A stretch of DNA of 64,000 bases from a virus: IMG/VR virus record IMGVR_UViG_3300049783_001607. One strand, written 5' to 3'. Of this stretch, positions 18,118 through 28,016 are shown in pieces. The first letter of the stretch is position 1, and the number at the start of each line of letters is the position of its first letter. Position numbers and translations under genes: made by a program. The notes beneath the pieces are model-generated. The model saw only the letters and a program-made list of their open reading frames with translations. It did not search any database and was not told the DNA's origin.

Positions 18118-18866
18118 TGGAACAAAGAGAAATATCAAAAAACGAGCATACTCAAAATATACGATCCGGCCTGCCCTTAATTAAAACTTTGTATGGTTTA
18201 AATATAGACGAGTTCGATTATTTAGATATAGCGGTAGATACTTTAAGAGATATAAGATATTTTGGTACTACGGAACATATAGCGTATATTACAGTAAATA
18301 GAGATTTTAAAGCTGTATTACCTTGTAACATGGGAACTATTGACGCTGTTACTACTGAGCATATGGGAAGGAAAGTTTTTAGCACTAGGAAAGTAATTGA
18401 AGTTGACGGTATACTAGACACAGATTCCTATTATTCATCTATAGAAACTAGAGATAATTTAGGTATTGAATGGAATCCTGGTTTAGGAGGTATTACAGGA
18501 AAAGGGTATATATCGTATAGATTAAGTGGAAAAAGTCTGATTGTTTCAGAAGATCTTGTAGGGAAACGTATAGCTGTAGCATATACAGGCATTATAGTAG
18601 ACGCTGAAGGATTTCCTATTATAACTAGAAAACAAGCTAATGCTATAGCTGCAATATGCGCTAAATTTATAATGCTCAAAGGAGCTAATAGAGGAGAGAA
18701 AGGCGCTGCTTCAATGATTGAATATTATTCAGGGCTTGCAGGTAGATTAAAGCAGGCAGCTTCTATACCGGAAGAGATTACAGATAACGAAATGGACGAA
18801 ATATTAAATGTTAAAACATCTTTTAATAGAAAAACACACAATCGTCCTACTAAATATTCTAGATAA
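18117..18866 (+). CDS. Tail tubular/ring protein
   Basis: LPCN..IDAV, V.Y.GI.VD.EGFPII and NEMDEIL motifs, as in crAss-like tail tubular proteins. Confidence 0.6.
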   Translation: MEQREISKNEHTQNIRSGLPLIKTLYGLNIDEFDYLDIAVDTLRDIRYFGTTEHIAYITVNRDFKAVLPCNMGTIDAVTTEHMGRKVFSTRKVIEVDGILDTDSYYSSIETRDNLGIEWNPGLGGITGKGYISYRLSGKSLIVSEDLVGKRIAVAYTGIIVDAEGFPIITRKQANAIAAICAKFIMLKGANRGEKGAASMIEYYSGLAGRLKQAASIPEEITDNEMDEILNVKTSFNRKTHNRPTKYSR

Positions 18867-18869
18867 ATT

Positions 18870-19358
18870 ATGGGAGTAAAAAAATTTAAAACTCCTTCTA
18901 ATGTTGTTATTCCTATGTCAGATTTATTAGCGGGTGAATTAAAAAAAATTAAATACAAAAATAAATTCAATAATAAAGATATAGTATCGGACGGGGGAAC
19001 ATCAAGAGTTTACAACGCGGTTTTATTTAGACTAATGGAATTAATAATAATGGATGTTATTGAAGGTCATATAGTATATTTTAATAAAAGAGCAGGCTCT
19101 AAATTTTATGTTGATTATCAACCCGCGGGTCAAGAATTAATAAAAGGCAAAGGAATTAAGGATAATAGAGGTTTTCCTTTGGTGGATTTAAGAGTTACTA
19201 GATATAGAATGCCTATTATTGCATTTGACCCTGGATACAAGTCTTCTACACCGTGCGTATGTATAATACCTAAATATTTATATGCTCTTTTAATAGAAGC
19301 TGTTAACAAAGGAAAAAAATATCCTAAAGGAGTTAAAAATTTTTGGTATAATAAGTAA
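18870..19358 (+). CDS. Basic protein, possibly a divergent IHF/HU-like protein
   Basis: Basic, helix followed by beta strands, at the position of IHF-like genes in crAss-like tail modules. Confidence 0.4.
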   Translation: MGVKKFKTPSNVVIPMSDLLAGELKKIKYKNKFNNKDIVSDGGTSRVYNAVLFRLMELIIMDVIEGHIVYFNKRAGSKFYVDYQPAGQELIKGKGIKDNRGFPLVDLRVTRYRMPIIAFDPGYKSSTPCVCIIPKYLYALLIEAVNKGKKYPKGVKNFWYNK

Positions 19359-19359
19359 T

Positions 19360-19641
19360 ATGGTTGATAAATATACAGATGATTATATAAAAGAATTAGA
19401 GTTTTATTTTCCTCAGATAGAGAAAAAAGAACTTACTAGAATGGTAAATAGTATGACATCTTTATTAACATATTATATGAAAGTATGGTACAGAGGTTTT
19501 ACAGTAAAGTCAAAAAGCTCGTTACTAGAAGACGGAAAATTAAATAGATTTAGAATAGAAAGAATTTTTGGTAAGGCTCATCTAGTTAATATGAGAAAGG
19601 TATCTAAAAAATATAATATAAAAAATGGCACAGGGAAATAA
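19360..19641 (+). CDS. Small basic protein, possibly IHF/HU-like
   Basis: DYIKEL...FPQI.KKEL..MV helix pair, upstream of the tail stabilisation gene. Confidence 0.4.
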   Translation: MVDKYTDDYIKELEFYFPQIEKKELTRMVNSMTSLLTYYMKVWYRGFTVKSKSSLLEDGKLNRFRIERIFGKAHLVNMRKVSKKYNIKNGTGK

Positions 19642-22600
19642 TATTTCATCGGTAAACTCTTTTGAAGGAGGCTTAGTTACAGATTTACATAATTTAACAA
19701 GTCCTAGCAATACAGTTGTAGACTCTCTTAATATGGAGCTTGTTACAATAGGTAACGATCAATACATATATCAAAATATAAGAGCCAACAAAAAAATTGC
19801 TGTAGATTTTCCTATGTATACAGAAAATGGTGTTGAATATCAGTTTATTCCTTTAGGTTTAAAGGTTCACAATAATATAGCTTACATATTGGCAGGAGCT
19901 TTTAAAAAAGACGGCACATTTTTAACAGGTACTATAGGTACATTTCCTAGTCCTAATTGGGCCTATCTTAACGACTCTTCAAAGGGTTCTTCTAGATTAT
20001 ATGACGTATTCAGCCCTCTTTATAATTATAAAAAAGATGGGGAGTCTAGTCACACTGGGCCTTTTATATCTAAGAAATTTGAGTTTGAACGTAACAGACA
20101 CATAGATATTGAGATTCAAGGAGACTTTGATAACTCTGTAAATATTTTATTCACCGATAATAAAAATAATTTATCTATTATTAATTCTAGATTTAAACGT
20201 TTAGAGTCTAATGATGTAGTTAAATTAGCTGATAGATTAGGTCTTAACGATAGCAACACTTATAGTAAATCAGATTGGGATAGAATAACTTTGATTCAGA
20301 ACACTAATTTTCCTGTTACAGTTGTAGATGATGAAGACAAACCTGGTTTTACAGTAGCTGAAGGAGGGTATCTTAGAGGAGGAGGTTATAGATATTATTT
20401 TAAATACTCTACTCAAGAAGGAAACACTACTGAAATATTATATGAGTCCCCTTTAATTCCTATAGCAAATGGTAATTTAGGTTTAAATAAAAGTCAGTTA
20501 TCTGACAAATTAGTTAGATTTACTTTGAAAAATCTTGATACGTCTTACACAGGTATTAAAGTATATTTTGCACACTTTGACGGTGAAGATCAAGCTGAGA
20601 TGGAGTTATTTACTATTGATTACATTTATACTTACGATAATGAAAGTACTACTGTAATAGTACATTCGGGTTTAGAAGAAGTATCTCCTGTAGATATTTC
20701 AGAAATAAATGTAGGTTTTACTCCTATAGATACTGTAAGATCTGCGGTAATAATCAATGATAGGCTAGCTTTAGCGGGAGCATCTTCTACTATAAGCGAA
20801 TCAGATTTAGATATATTAAGTAGTGCTGCTAAAGATGTAACCTTGTGGGAAAAAACTATACCGTTAGAAGATTCTTATGCTAACGCTAACGCTTCTGCAA
20901 ATAAATTGGGTTACTGGAAAGGTGAAGTATATGAATTTGCTACAGTCTTTATGCTTAAAAATAAAGGTCTTTCCCCAGCTTTTCCTGTAACCGGTATGGA
21001 TAATTTTTTAGGTCTTCAAAGCGATTTTTTAAATAATAGTTATCCTGAATATGACAGTCTATTAGATAGTGATGGTTTTGCTCACGGATATTTAATAAAT
21101 AATAAAGGTATATTTAGAACATCTAATCAAGGTAAAATATATACTCCTACTGTGGACGGAAAAGGAGTAAGACATGTTACATATATTGAAGCAAATGTCA
21201 GTTCTTTTAAAAATAATTTGGCTCTAGATAGTATAGCGGCTGGATTTTTTATAGTTAGAAGGAAAAGAATTAAAAATGTTTTGTTACAAGGTATGGCTGT
21301 TCCTACGCTAAAAGTACCTGCTAAATACCCTTCTTTATATGACGGGGTTTTAGAAAAACAAGCAGGACTATCTGCTAGTAGAAGATATTTATTAAAGCAT
21401 TTTGGTAATCCTGAAGACGCTAATGAAGGAGATAATGCTACAATAGGTTTTAACGGGCCCTATTCAGCTATAACAGTTGGAGATAAAGCTTCTTTTAACG
21501 CGGATTTTGATACTGTGTTTACACCTCAACCTACTCAAATATTAAATGTACTTACAGCTGAAAAGTCATGGGTAGTATCTGGCGCTTTAGGGCAAAATAT
21601 ATCTTACCCATTTCCGGGTTGGAGTCCTATAGCCTCTGATCCTATTGGTGAAACGATAGATAGGGAAGGAAATTTAACAGGTAAAATGCACATAGCTTTT
21701 TATTCTTGTGAGCTTGAGATGAACTTGAAAAATGTTAAAGGATATCTTAACGGAATAGATCCTGAAATTGAAATTCAAAACGCTGCAAAAAGATGTTCTC
21801 CTTTAGGTTATACATACACTGGATTTTCTTATAAATCTACAGCTAATATTATAGTATATTTAGGAGAGGAGGTTAGTATGAATAAAGCTCCTTGGACAAC
21901 AATACCATCTAAAGCTGTAAAAGCTACTATATTAGACAGTGGTAGAGCTGTATATTCTAATGGAGGGTTTTCATCTAAGATAGATAGATCTTTTGGATTA
22001 ATATCTGAAAACACATTATCTACTGATACTGATGATCTAGATAATAATTCACTTAATTCAGTAGTGTCTATAAGTTATGGATTACCTTATAGAGTATATG
22101 CTTCAAGGTATAGTCAAGACGCAGAAAAAATAAATAGGTTGTCGTCTAACTCTTTATATTACCCTAACTCTAATACCAAAAAATCTTTTTTTCCTTACTC
22201 TCTTGTTAGTCAATCTTACTCTACTTATGTAGGTATTAGGGTAGAAGCTTCGAAAGCAGGGTCTTTACCTATATTTCATTACTCTAGTAACATTCATAAA
22301 TCTACAGATAATTATACTAATACTTCTGAAGTAATAGTCAATGAAAATAATCCATTAAATGACGATTTATATTATGTGAATACAGGACATCTTGCTAATA
22401 TATTTAGATCAGCTACAGGTAGATGGCAGTCAGCAGATATCAGATCGATATATAAGTTTGATAGTAACAAAGCTTACTATGCTGTAACAGATCGAAATAA
22501 AATAACTGGTTTAAACACAGTGGATATTTTTAGAGGTGATGGTTTCATATCTAAGATTTTTAAAAAAGTAACCTATAAAAACGGAGTCCCATCTTCTAAA

Positions 22601-24220
22601 TCAGCTACAGCTTCTGATATAAAAGATTACGGAACTGGGTTGATATCTGCAAAAAGCAATTCAGTAGATTCTGCAGATGTGTTTGAGGCTGAAAGAGAAG
22701 ATCTAGGTAGAAATCTTTTAGATGTTGGACAAGTTATCGAAGTTGTAACTTTATCTAATATAAATGCAGATATAAGATCTACTGAGAAATTTTCAGATGA
22801 AGAGTCATTGTTGTTTGGTCAAGACAGGGATTTTTTCCCTAATAAAGAAAATATATTTGGTGAGGCTAGACCTGACTCCTCAGCATATAATCACGGTTAC
22901 TCAGGAGAAGATAATCCTATAGCATACTTTAGAATAGAAGCTAATTCCCCTTCTTTTAATACTGAATTTCCAAATAGAGTTTTATTGTCAGAAAGAAATA
23001 AAACTCAAAGTTTCTTCAATTCTTTCAGAGATTTAAAAGGATTTAATTTCAGAGATTACGGTGTAGAATTAGGCCCTATTATAAAATTGGCCTCTATAAA
23101 AAATATTTTACTTACTATTCATCCTACAGGAGTTTTAGCTATTGGAGTAGATGATAAAACATTAGTAGCTGAAGGAAGTGATGTATATGTTAATACAGCT
23201 CAATCTCTTAGCCCCACGTCTAAAACTATTTCAGAAATATACGGAAGTGTACATCCTGAATCAGTTGTTAAAACAGACTTATCTATTGCAGGTGTAGACT
23301 ACAATGCTAGTGCTGTTTGGATATTTCAAGGAGATAAATTATCTATAATAAGTGAATTTGCAATTAGAACATTATTAGATAAATATAAAAATAATATTGA
23401 TACAGGTTCTTTTGAAGGTGGTGTTGAAGGAGTATCTTATAATTCTAGAGTGTATTCTACATTTAATTACTCTAAACATACTTTATACATATCTTATGTA
23501 GCTGAAGACGTTACTACTAAAAAGCAGTATCATGTAGGTACTGTAAGTTACAGTACTGTACTTAGTAAATGGATGTCTAGAATATCTGAAGGTAATAAGT
23601 TTTCTATGTTTATTGGAGCTAACACTTATACTTCTGGTTTTAAAGCCCTTAAAAACGGCGTTGAAGTTTCGGATTACACTATATGGAAAGAAGACTCATT
23701 GTTAAACACTAATGGTAATAATGTTAGAGCTAGACTTAGAGATATAAATTACAATTATGAATTTGAAATAATAATAAACAAAGAGCCTGCACTAGAAAAA
23801 ATTTTAAATAATATTAGATTAATAACTAATAAAAGCATTCCTATTAAAGTGGTATATACTACATCAGGAGATGAGAACGATGCTGCTAGAAATATATGGG
23901 AAAAGAGAGATAGCACAGATTTAGAAGAAGAAAATGGGCTTTTTACGAGCTCTTTTGGTAATAAGAAAATAGAGCAAAAAATAATAACTAGAAATAAAAG
24001 TGCAAGAAATCATCTTCGTCTTGGTATTCTAGATGAAAACGCGTATTATAAAAATAGCGGTTTATATATAGAAGTTGGTAAAGTTAGTGCATTGTCAAGA
24101 AAAAGTATAGGAACTAAAAGAATTAGAGATAAAAGTATTAAAGTAAGGTTTATTTATTCAGGTAATGATGAGACCTTTTTACAAGGAATAATTTCAATGT
24201 TAAGCATAAGTCACAGCTAA
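19625..24220 (+). CDS. Tail stabilisation/muzzle protein (P22 gp10-like)
   Basis: N-terminal NSFEGGLVTDL..SLN, GYWKGEVYEFA.VF and C-terminal RIRDKSIKVRF.YSG. 1531 aa. Confidence 0.75.
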   Translation: MAQGNNISSVNSFEGGLVTDLHNLTSPSNTVVDSLNMELVTIGNDQYIYQNIRANKKIAVDFPMYTENGVEYQFIPLGLKVHNNIAYILAGAFKKDGTFLTGTIGTFPSPNWAYLNDSSKGSSRLYDVFSPLYNYKKDGESSHTGPFISKKFEFERNRHIDIEIQGDFDNSVNILFTDNKNNLSIINSRFKRLESNDVVKLADRLGLNDSNTYSKSDWDRITLIQNTNFPVTVVDDEDKPGFTVAEGGYLRGGGYRYYFKYSTQEGNTTEILYESPLIPIANGNLGLNKSQLSDKLVRFTLKNLDTSYTGIKVYFAHFDGEDQAEMELFTIDYIYTYDNESTTVIVHSGLEEVSPVDISEINVGFTPIDTVRSAVIINDRLALAGASSTISESDLDILSSAAKDVTLWEKTIPLEDSYANANASANKLGYWKGEVYEFATVFMLKNKGLSPAFPVTGMDNFLGLQSDFLNNSYPEYDSLLDSDGFAHGYLINNKGIFRTSNQGKIYTPTVDGKGVRHVTYIEANVSSFKNNLALDSIAAGFFIVRRKRIKNVLLQGMAVPTLKVPAKYPSLYDGVLEKQAGLSASRRYLLKHFGNPEDANEGDNATIGFNGPYSAITVGDKASFNADFDTVFTPQPTQILNVLTAEKSWVVSGALGQNISYPFPGWSPIASDPIGETIDREGNLTGKMHIAFYSCELEMNLKNVKGYLNGIDPEIEIQNAAKRCSPLGYTYTGFSYKSTANIIVYLGEEVSMNKAPWTTIPSKAVKATILDSGRAVYSNGGFSSKIDRSFGLISENTLSTDTDDLDNNSLNSVVSISYGLPYRVYASRYSQDAEKINRLSSNSLYYPNSNTKKSFFPYSLVSQSYSTYVGIRVEASKAGSLPIFHYSSNIHKSTDNYTNTSEVIVNENNPLNDDLYYVNTGHLANIFRSATGRWQSADIRSIYKFDSNKAYYAVTDRNKITGLNTVDIFRGDGFISKIFKKVTYKNGVPSSKSATASDIKDYGTGLISAKSNSVDSADVFEAEREDLGRNLLDVGQVIEVVTLSNINADIRSTEKFSDEESLLFGQDRDFFPNKENIFGEARPDSSAYNHGYSGEDNPIAYFRIEANSPSFNTEFPNRVLLSERNKTQSFFNSFRDLKGFNFRDYGVELGPIIKLASIKNILLTIHPTGVLAIGVDDKTLVAEGSDVYVNTAQSLSPTSKTISEIYGSVHPESVVKTDLSIAGVDYNASAVWIFQGDKLSIISEFAIRTLLDKYKNNIDTGSFEGGVEGVSYNSRVYSTFNYSKHTLYISYVAEDVTTKKQYHVGTVSYSTVLSKWMSRISEGNKFSMFIGANTYTSGFKALKNGVEVSDYTIWKEDSLLNTNGNNVRARLRDINYNYEFEIIINKEPALEKILNNIRLITNKSIPIKVVYTTSGDENDAARNIWEKRDSTDLEEENGLFTSSFGNKKIEQKIITRNKSARNHLRLGILDENAYYKNSGLYIEVGKVSALSRKSIGTKRIRDKSIKVRFIYSGNDETFLQGIISMLSISHS

Positions 24221-25662
24221 TGAAAAAAATACAAAACATAATCAGCAGCGAGGTAATCGTTAGAGCTAATAATTTTAAATTCAAACAAGAATTTGGTACT
24301 GTAGGATTTACTGATAATTTATCGGAGGAAGGAAACTCTACTATATTTATCACTGACTTCACTATAGATAAAATTATATATGTTACTTTAAATGGTATTA
24401 ATTTAATTGAAGGTAAACATTATTTTCAAGATACACCTAACACTATTAAAATAAGTAACGAAGGATCTCCAATAAAGTCAATGGCTGGGAATACTAACAA
24501 TATATTAGTTGGTTATCATTATTTAAATAATAGATCAGTAGGAGTTAACGATATCAAAACAGCTCCTAGCATTAGTACTTTTTATATGAATAAGTATTCA
24601 GGTAAAAACGAATCACTTACATTTGATTTTGTTATTACTCCTAGAGACGGTAAAAATATTTACTGGACTATTTTAAAAGATGGAAATGAAACCCCTTTAT
24701 TTACTGGAAATTCGTTAAAGTCTATAAACGGAGAAGTGAGAGACACTGATAATGAGATAGTAAGTCTTACTCATCATATATCTAATACAGAGTATTTAGC
24801 AAGACAAGGCGATAAGATACCTTTTACATTTATAGTTATATATGATTTATCAGAAGATGGGTCTAAACTCAATGAAAAATTAATAGAATCTATACAATTC
24901 AATGTAGATGTACCTGAAGTGCTGGCAGGTACTTTAAATGTTACTCCAGAATTAGTTGATGTAATAGGCCAAACAGAGATTACAGGTTCTTATAATATTA
25001 ACGGAATACCTGTAGATAGTCCTACATTATTTAGTTGGAAAATTACTGAAATAATTAATGAAGGGGCTGAAACTATTGTCAAAGAAGGGAATCAATCTTC
25101 AGATTTATTCGGCACTTTTTCAGCGTCAACTAATCCTGTTGTAGGTCAAAATAGCAATATTAGATATTTTTTAAGTGTGCTTTATGCAGGAAGTACTAGC
25201 TACTTAGTTATTGCAAATGATAAAGTAGTTATTTCTGTACCTTCTTTACAAGGCAATGCCAGAGCAGGTTATGTAGACGCTTCTATAGTAAGCTATGTGG
25301 ATCCGTCAGACGGAGTAAGAAAAAAAATAGGTTCTTTAGGAACTACACAAGATGTTTTAGAATATAACAATAGAATTCCAGAAGCTGCATTTACAAAATC
25401 AGTGGATATCTCGTACTTAGAAGATTCAATTTTTATATCAGCTCCGGTTTACTTAGATCCAGTAAACCCTCCTAATGTAGTTTATTTTGTGATAGAACTA
25501 CCGGATTCTTGGGGACCAGTTGTATTTAATCAAACGTTAGGTCCTATAGATATATCGGCATTTAATGTTATAGCTTTAGGTAACGGGTACACAGCATATG
25601 TATATGTTACAGGTACTTCTAGTTCAGCCAACCCATCAGATTACTTTATAACTAAAAAATAA
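24220..25662 (+). CDS. Tail-associated beta-sandwich protein
   Basis: VTLNG...EG..Y Ig-like motif, beta-rich, coupled to the muzzle gene. Confidence 0.5.
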   Translation: MKKIQNIISSEVIVRANNFKFKQEFGTVGFTDNLSEEGNSTIFITDFTIDKIIYVTLNGINLIEGKHYFQDTPNTIKISNEGSPIKSMAGNTNNILVGYHYLNNRSVGVNDIKTAPSISTFYMNKYSGKNESLTFDFVITPRDGKNIYWTILKDGNETPLFTGNSLKSINGEVRDTDNEIVSLTHHISNTEYLARQGDKIPFTFIVIYDLSEDGSKLNEKLIESIQFNVDVPEVLAGTLNVTPELVDVIGQTEITGSYNINGIPVDSPTLFSWKITEIINEGAETIVKEGNQSSDLFGTFSASTNPVVGQNSNIRYFLSVLYAGSTSYLVIANDKVVISVPSLQGNARAGYVDASIVSYVDPSDGVRKKIGSLGTTQDVLEYNNRIPEAAFTKSVDISYLEDSIFISAPVYLDPVNPPNVVYFVIELPDSWGPVVFNQTLGPIDISAFNVIALGNGYTAYVYVTGTSSSANPSDYFITKK

Positions 25663-25673
25663 ACTAATAAAGA

Positions 25674-26222
25674 ATGGAACCAAAATTTTCAAATAAAACT
25701 AATGCTTCTGGAATACATGTTACAGACGCTTCTCCTATAGATGATAGAGTGTACGTTACTACAATGGCTTTATTAGAATCTCTTTCAAACGAGGAGCCTT
25801 TTTCAGGTATAATGTACGATGGGCTAGTTATTCAAGTGGGAGAAAATAGAAAAGAATTTATTTGGGTAGAATCTAATAGTGGTATTATGGCCAATGGGTA
25901 CACTTATCCTGAATATATGGATGACATACAAGGTCAGAACTATGCCAATAAAACTTTTAATCTAGTTTTGTATGATAAAGTAGCTAAAGTAGATATTACA
26001 TATAGCGACATTGCTAGCGATGGTCTTTTTATAGCTGATAAATATCTGCCTTATCATGTATTAAAAAACAAAGCTTTTGCACAAGTAATGATGAAATCAA
26101 GTACTACTGCTTTTAGTGAAATGGAATTTCCTGACACAGTAAGGGTTGAAAATAACGGAATAACAATTATACTAGATCCTAAGCCTGAAATAGCCGAGGA
26201 ATTTAAAATAACAATATTATAA
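25674..26222 (+). CDS. Tail fibre hub/adaptor-like protein
   Basis: PIDDR.YV.T...Y.GL.I.V.E module common at phage fibre N-termini. Confidence 0.45.
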   Translation: MEPKFSNKTNASGIHVTDASPIDDRVYVTTMALLESLSNEEPFSGIMYDGLVIQVGENRKEFIWVESNSGIMANGYTYPEYMDDIQGQNYANKTFNLVLYDKVAKVDITYSDIASDGLFIADKYLPYHVLKNKAFAQVMMKSSTTAFSEMEFPDTVRVENNGITIILDPKPEIAEEFKITIL

Positions 26223-26234
26223 TAAGTCTTATAT

Positions 26235-27998
26235 ATGAAAGTAAGAGGATCATTAAAAATAGCAAAAGACCTTATTCTTAAAGGGTTAAGCGGCGTACTC
26301 CCTAAACGTGGGGCTATGTTGACGTCAGATAATTTAGGCAAACTTGAATGGAGTAATTTATTTTTATCTGAAATTGCTTCTACTGAAATATATAAAGACT
26401 TGGGGTCAATGGTAAGACTTAATAACAGAGTTTTTTATTCTATTATAGCTAATGCTTCTGGAGCTGATATTAATAATACAGCTATTTGGTCAGAAATAGG
26501 GAGTAATTTTTTAGCTGAAATGATAAAAAACAGCTTTGTTCCTGGCACTTTATTAGTGGTTAATGATCAAGGTAACGGCCTAGAAAAATTATATTTAAGC
26601 AGTGATTTTTTAGTTTCTATAGTTGAAGGTAAAAAAACTATTTATTTATCTTCTTCTGAAACAACGGCTGATATTTCTTTTTCAGCACCTATATCATTCC
26701 TTGCTACACCGTCTCCTAGTGGAGCAGTAGCTTTTGCATGGACACCAGCTGCAGATGATACTGCTGTAAGTGGGTATTTATTACAAGGTACTTTGATATC
26801 TAATTCTAACTGGGAAGCTGACGATATAATTCAAAAACAAGTAAGTAATGTTGTAAGTAACGTGTATACAGGTATACCAGATGGATCTTACAAATTCAGA
26901 GTTAGAGCTATTGATGTTTTTAATAATGTAAGTGCTGTTAACGGGATCGAAGAATCTGTAGAAATTTCTGATCAAATAGCTCCCACTATTCCTCAATTAT
27001 TACGAGTTATTTCTAAAGACGGCTTTGAATTAGGGCTAGATTGGAATTTATCTATAGATAATAGTTTAACAATACTATATGAATTACAGTATAAAATGTC
27101 TGTTGATATAGCTGATTGGGACGATAGTGCGATTACAACTACTGTATCTACAGCATCAATTGAGCAAGTACTTACGTTATCTCAAGACGGTACGTATACA
27201 TTCAGAGTTAGAGCAATAGATCTGTCAGGCAATTCAAGTCTGTATTCTAGCACACTTACTTTGGATATAGATGAATTGAACGATAATATGATTTTAGTGC
27301 CTACTATACCTTTAAATATACAGTCAGCCGCAATTTTTGATGAAGTTACTGTAACTTGGGACGCGTCGACAGATGACGTAGAAGTAGTAAATTATGATAT
27401 ATCTTACACAACTATTAATGATTTAGATTGGAGTGAAGAAACTATAATTGTTGAAGCCGCTTTATTTCACGTTATTACACTGCCTTTAGGAAGTTATAAA
27501 TTCAGAGTAAGAGCTAGAGATAACTTTTCTAACCTTAGTGATTGGTCTAGTATCTCACCTGTCACAGTAGAAAATACTTCGTCTTATGACACTGTTATTT
27601 ATTATGGACAATCAGTTGCATTACCTACAGAAAATATATTATTACCTCTTAATGCCGGAAATAAAACAATAGAAACCAGTGATTACTTAATTAATATTAT
27701 AGGTATATCTGATGATATAAGTTTTGAAAGCCCTTATAGAGGCGGAGCTTTTGAAGAAACTGCTTACAATCATCAAGTAACGCATTTTTTCGCACTACCT
27801 GATAACGTACAACTATTAAGTTCTTATAATAGCGCTTTTAGCAGTGATGTGTTTTATAATCAAAGCTCAAATAGATATACTTTATCAAATATAAGTATCA
27901 ACAATGAAAATTATGTTCTATATTCATATGTTTCTGATGGTATTCCTGTAGGACAACCAATTACAGTAAGCGTTAATTTTATAGAAGGATTAGTTTAA
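26235..27998 (+). CDS. Fibronectin type III repeat virion protein
   Basis: Three FN3 repeats, each with W...DD, Y and Y.FRVRA.D...N.S. Confidence 0.8.
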   Translation: MKVRGSLKIAKDLILKGLSGVLPKRGAMLTSDNLGKLEWSNLFLSEIASTEIYKDLGSMVRLNNRVFYSIIANASGADINNTAIWSEIGSNFLAEMIKNSFVPGTLLVVNDQGNGLEKLYLSSDFLVSIVEGKKTIYLSSSETTADISFSAPISFLATPSPSGAVAFAWTPAADDTAVSGYLLQGTLISNSNWEADDIIQKQVSNVVSNVYTGIPDGSYKFRVRAIDVFNNVSAVNGIEESVEISDQIAPTIPQLLRVISKDGFELGLDWNLSIDNSLTILYELQYKMSVDIADWDDSAITTTVSTASIEQVLTLSQDGTYTFRVRAIDLSGNSSLYSSTLTLDIDELNDNMILVPTIPLNIQSAAIFDEVTVTWDASTDDVEVVNYDISYTTINDLDWSEETIIVEAALFHVITLPLGSYKFRVRARDNFSNLSDWSSISPVTVENTSSYDTVIYYGQSVALPTENILLPLNAGNKTIETSDYLINIIGISDDISFESPYRGGAFEETAYNHQVTHFFALPDNVQLLSSYNSAFSSDVFYNQSSNRYTLSNISINNENYVLYSYVSDGIPVGQPITVSVNFIEGLV

Positions 27999-28016
27999 AA
28001 TAAAAGGGAAAAAGTT

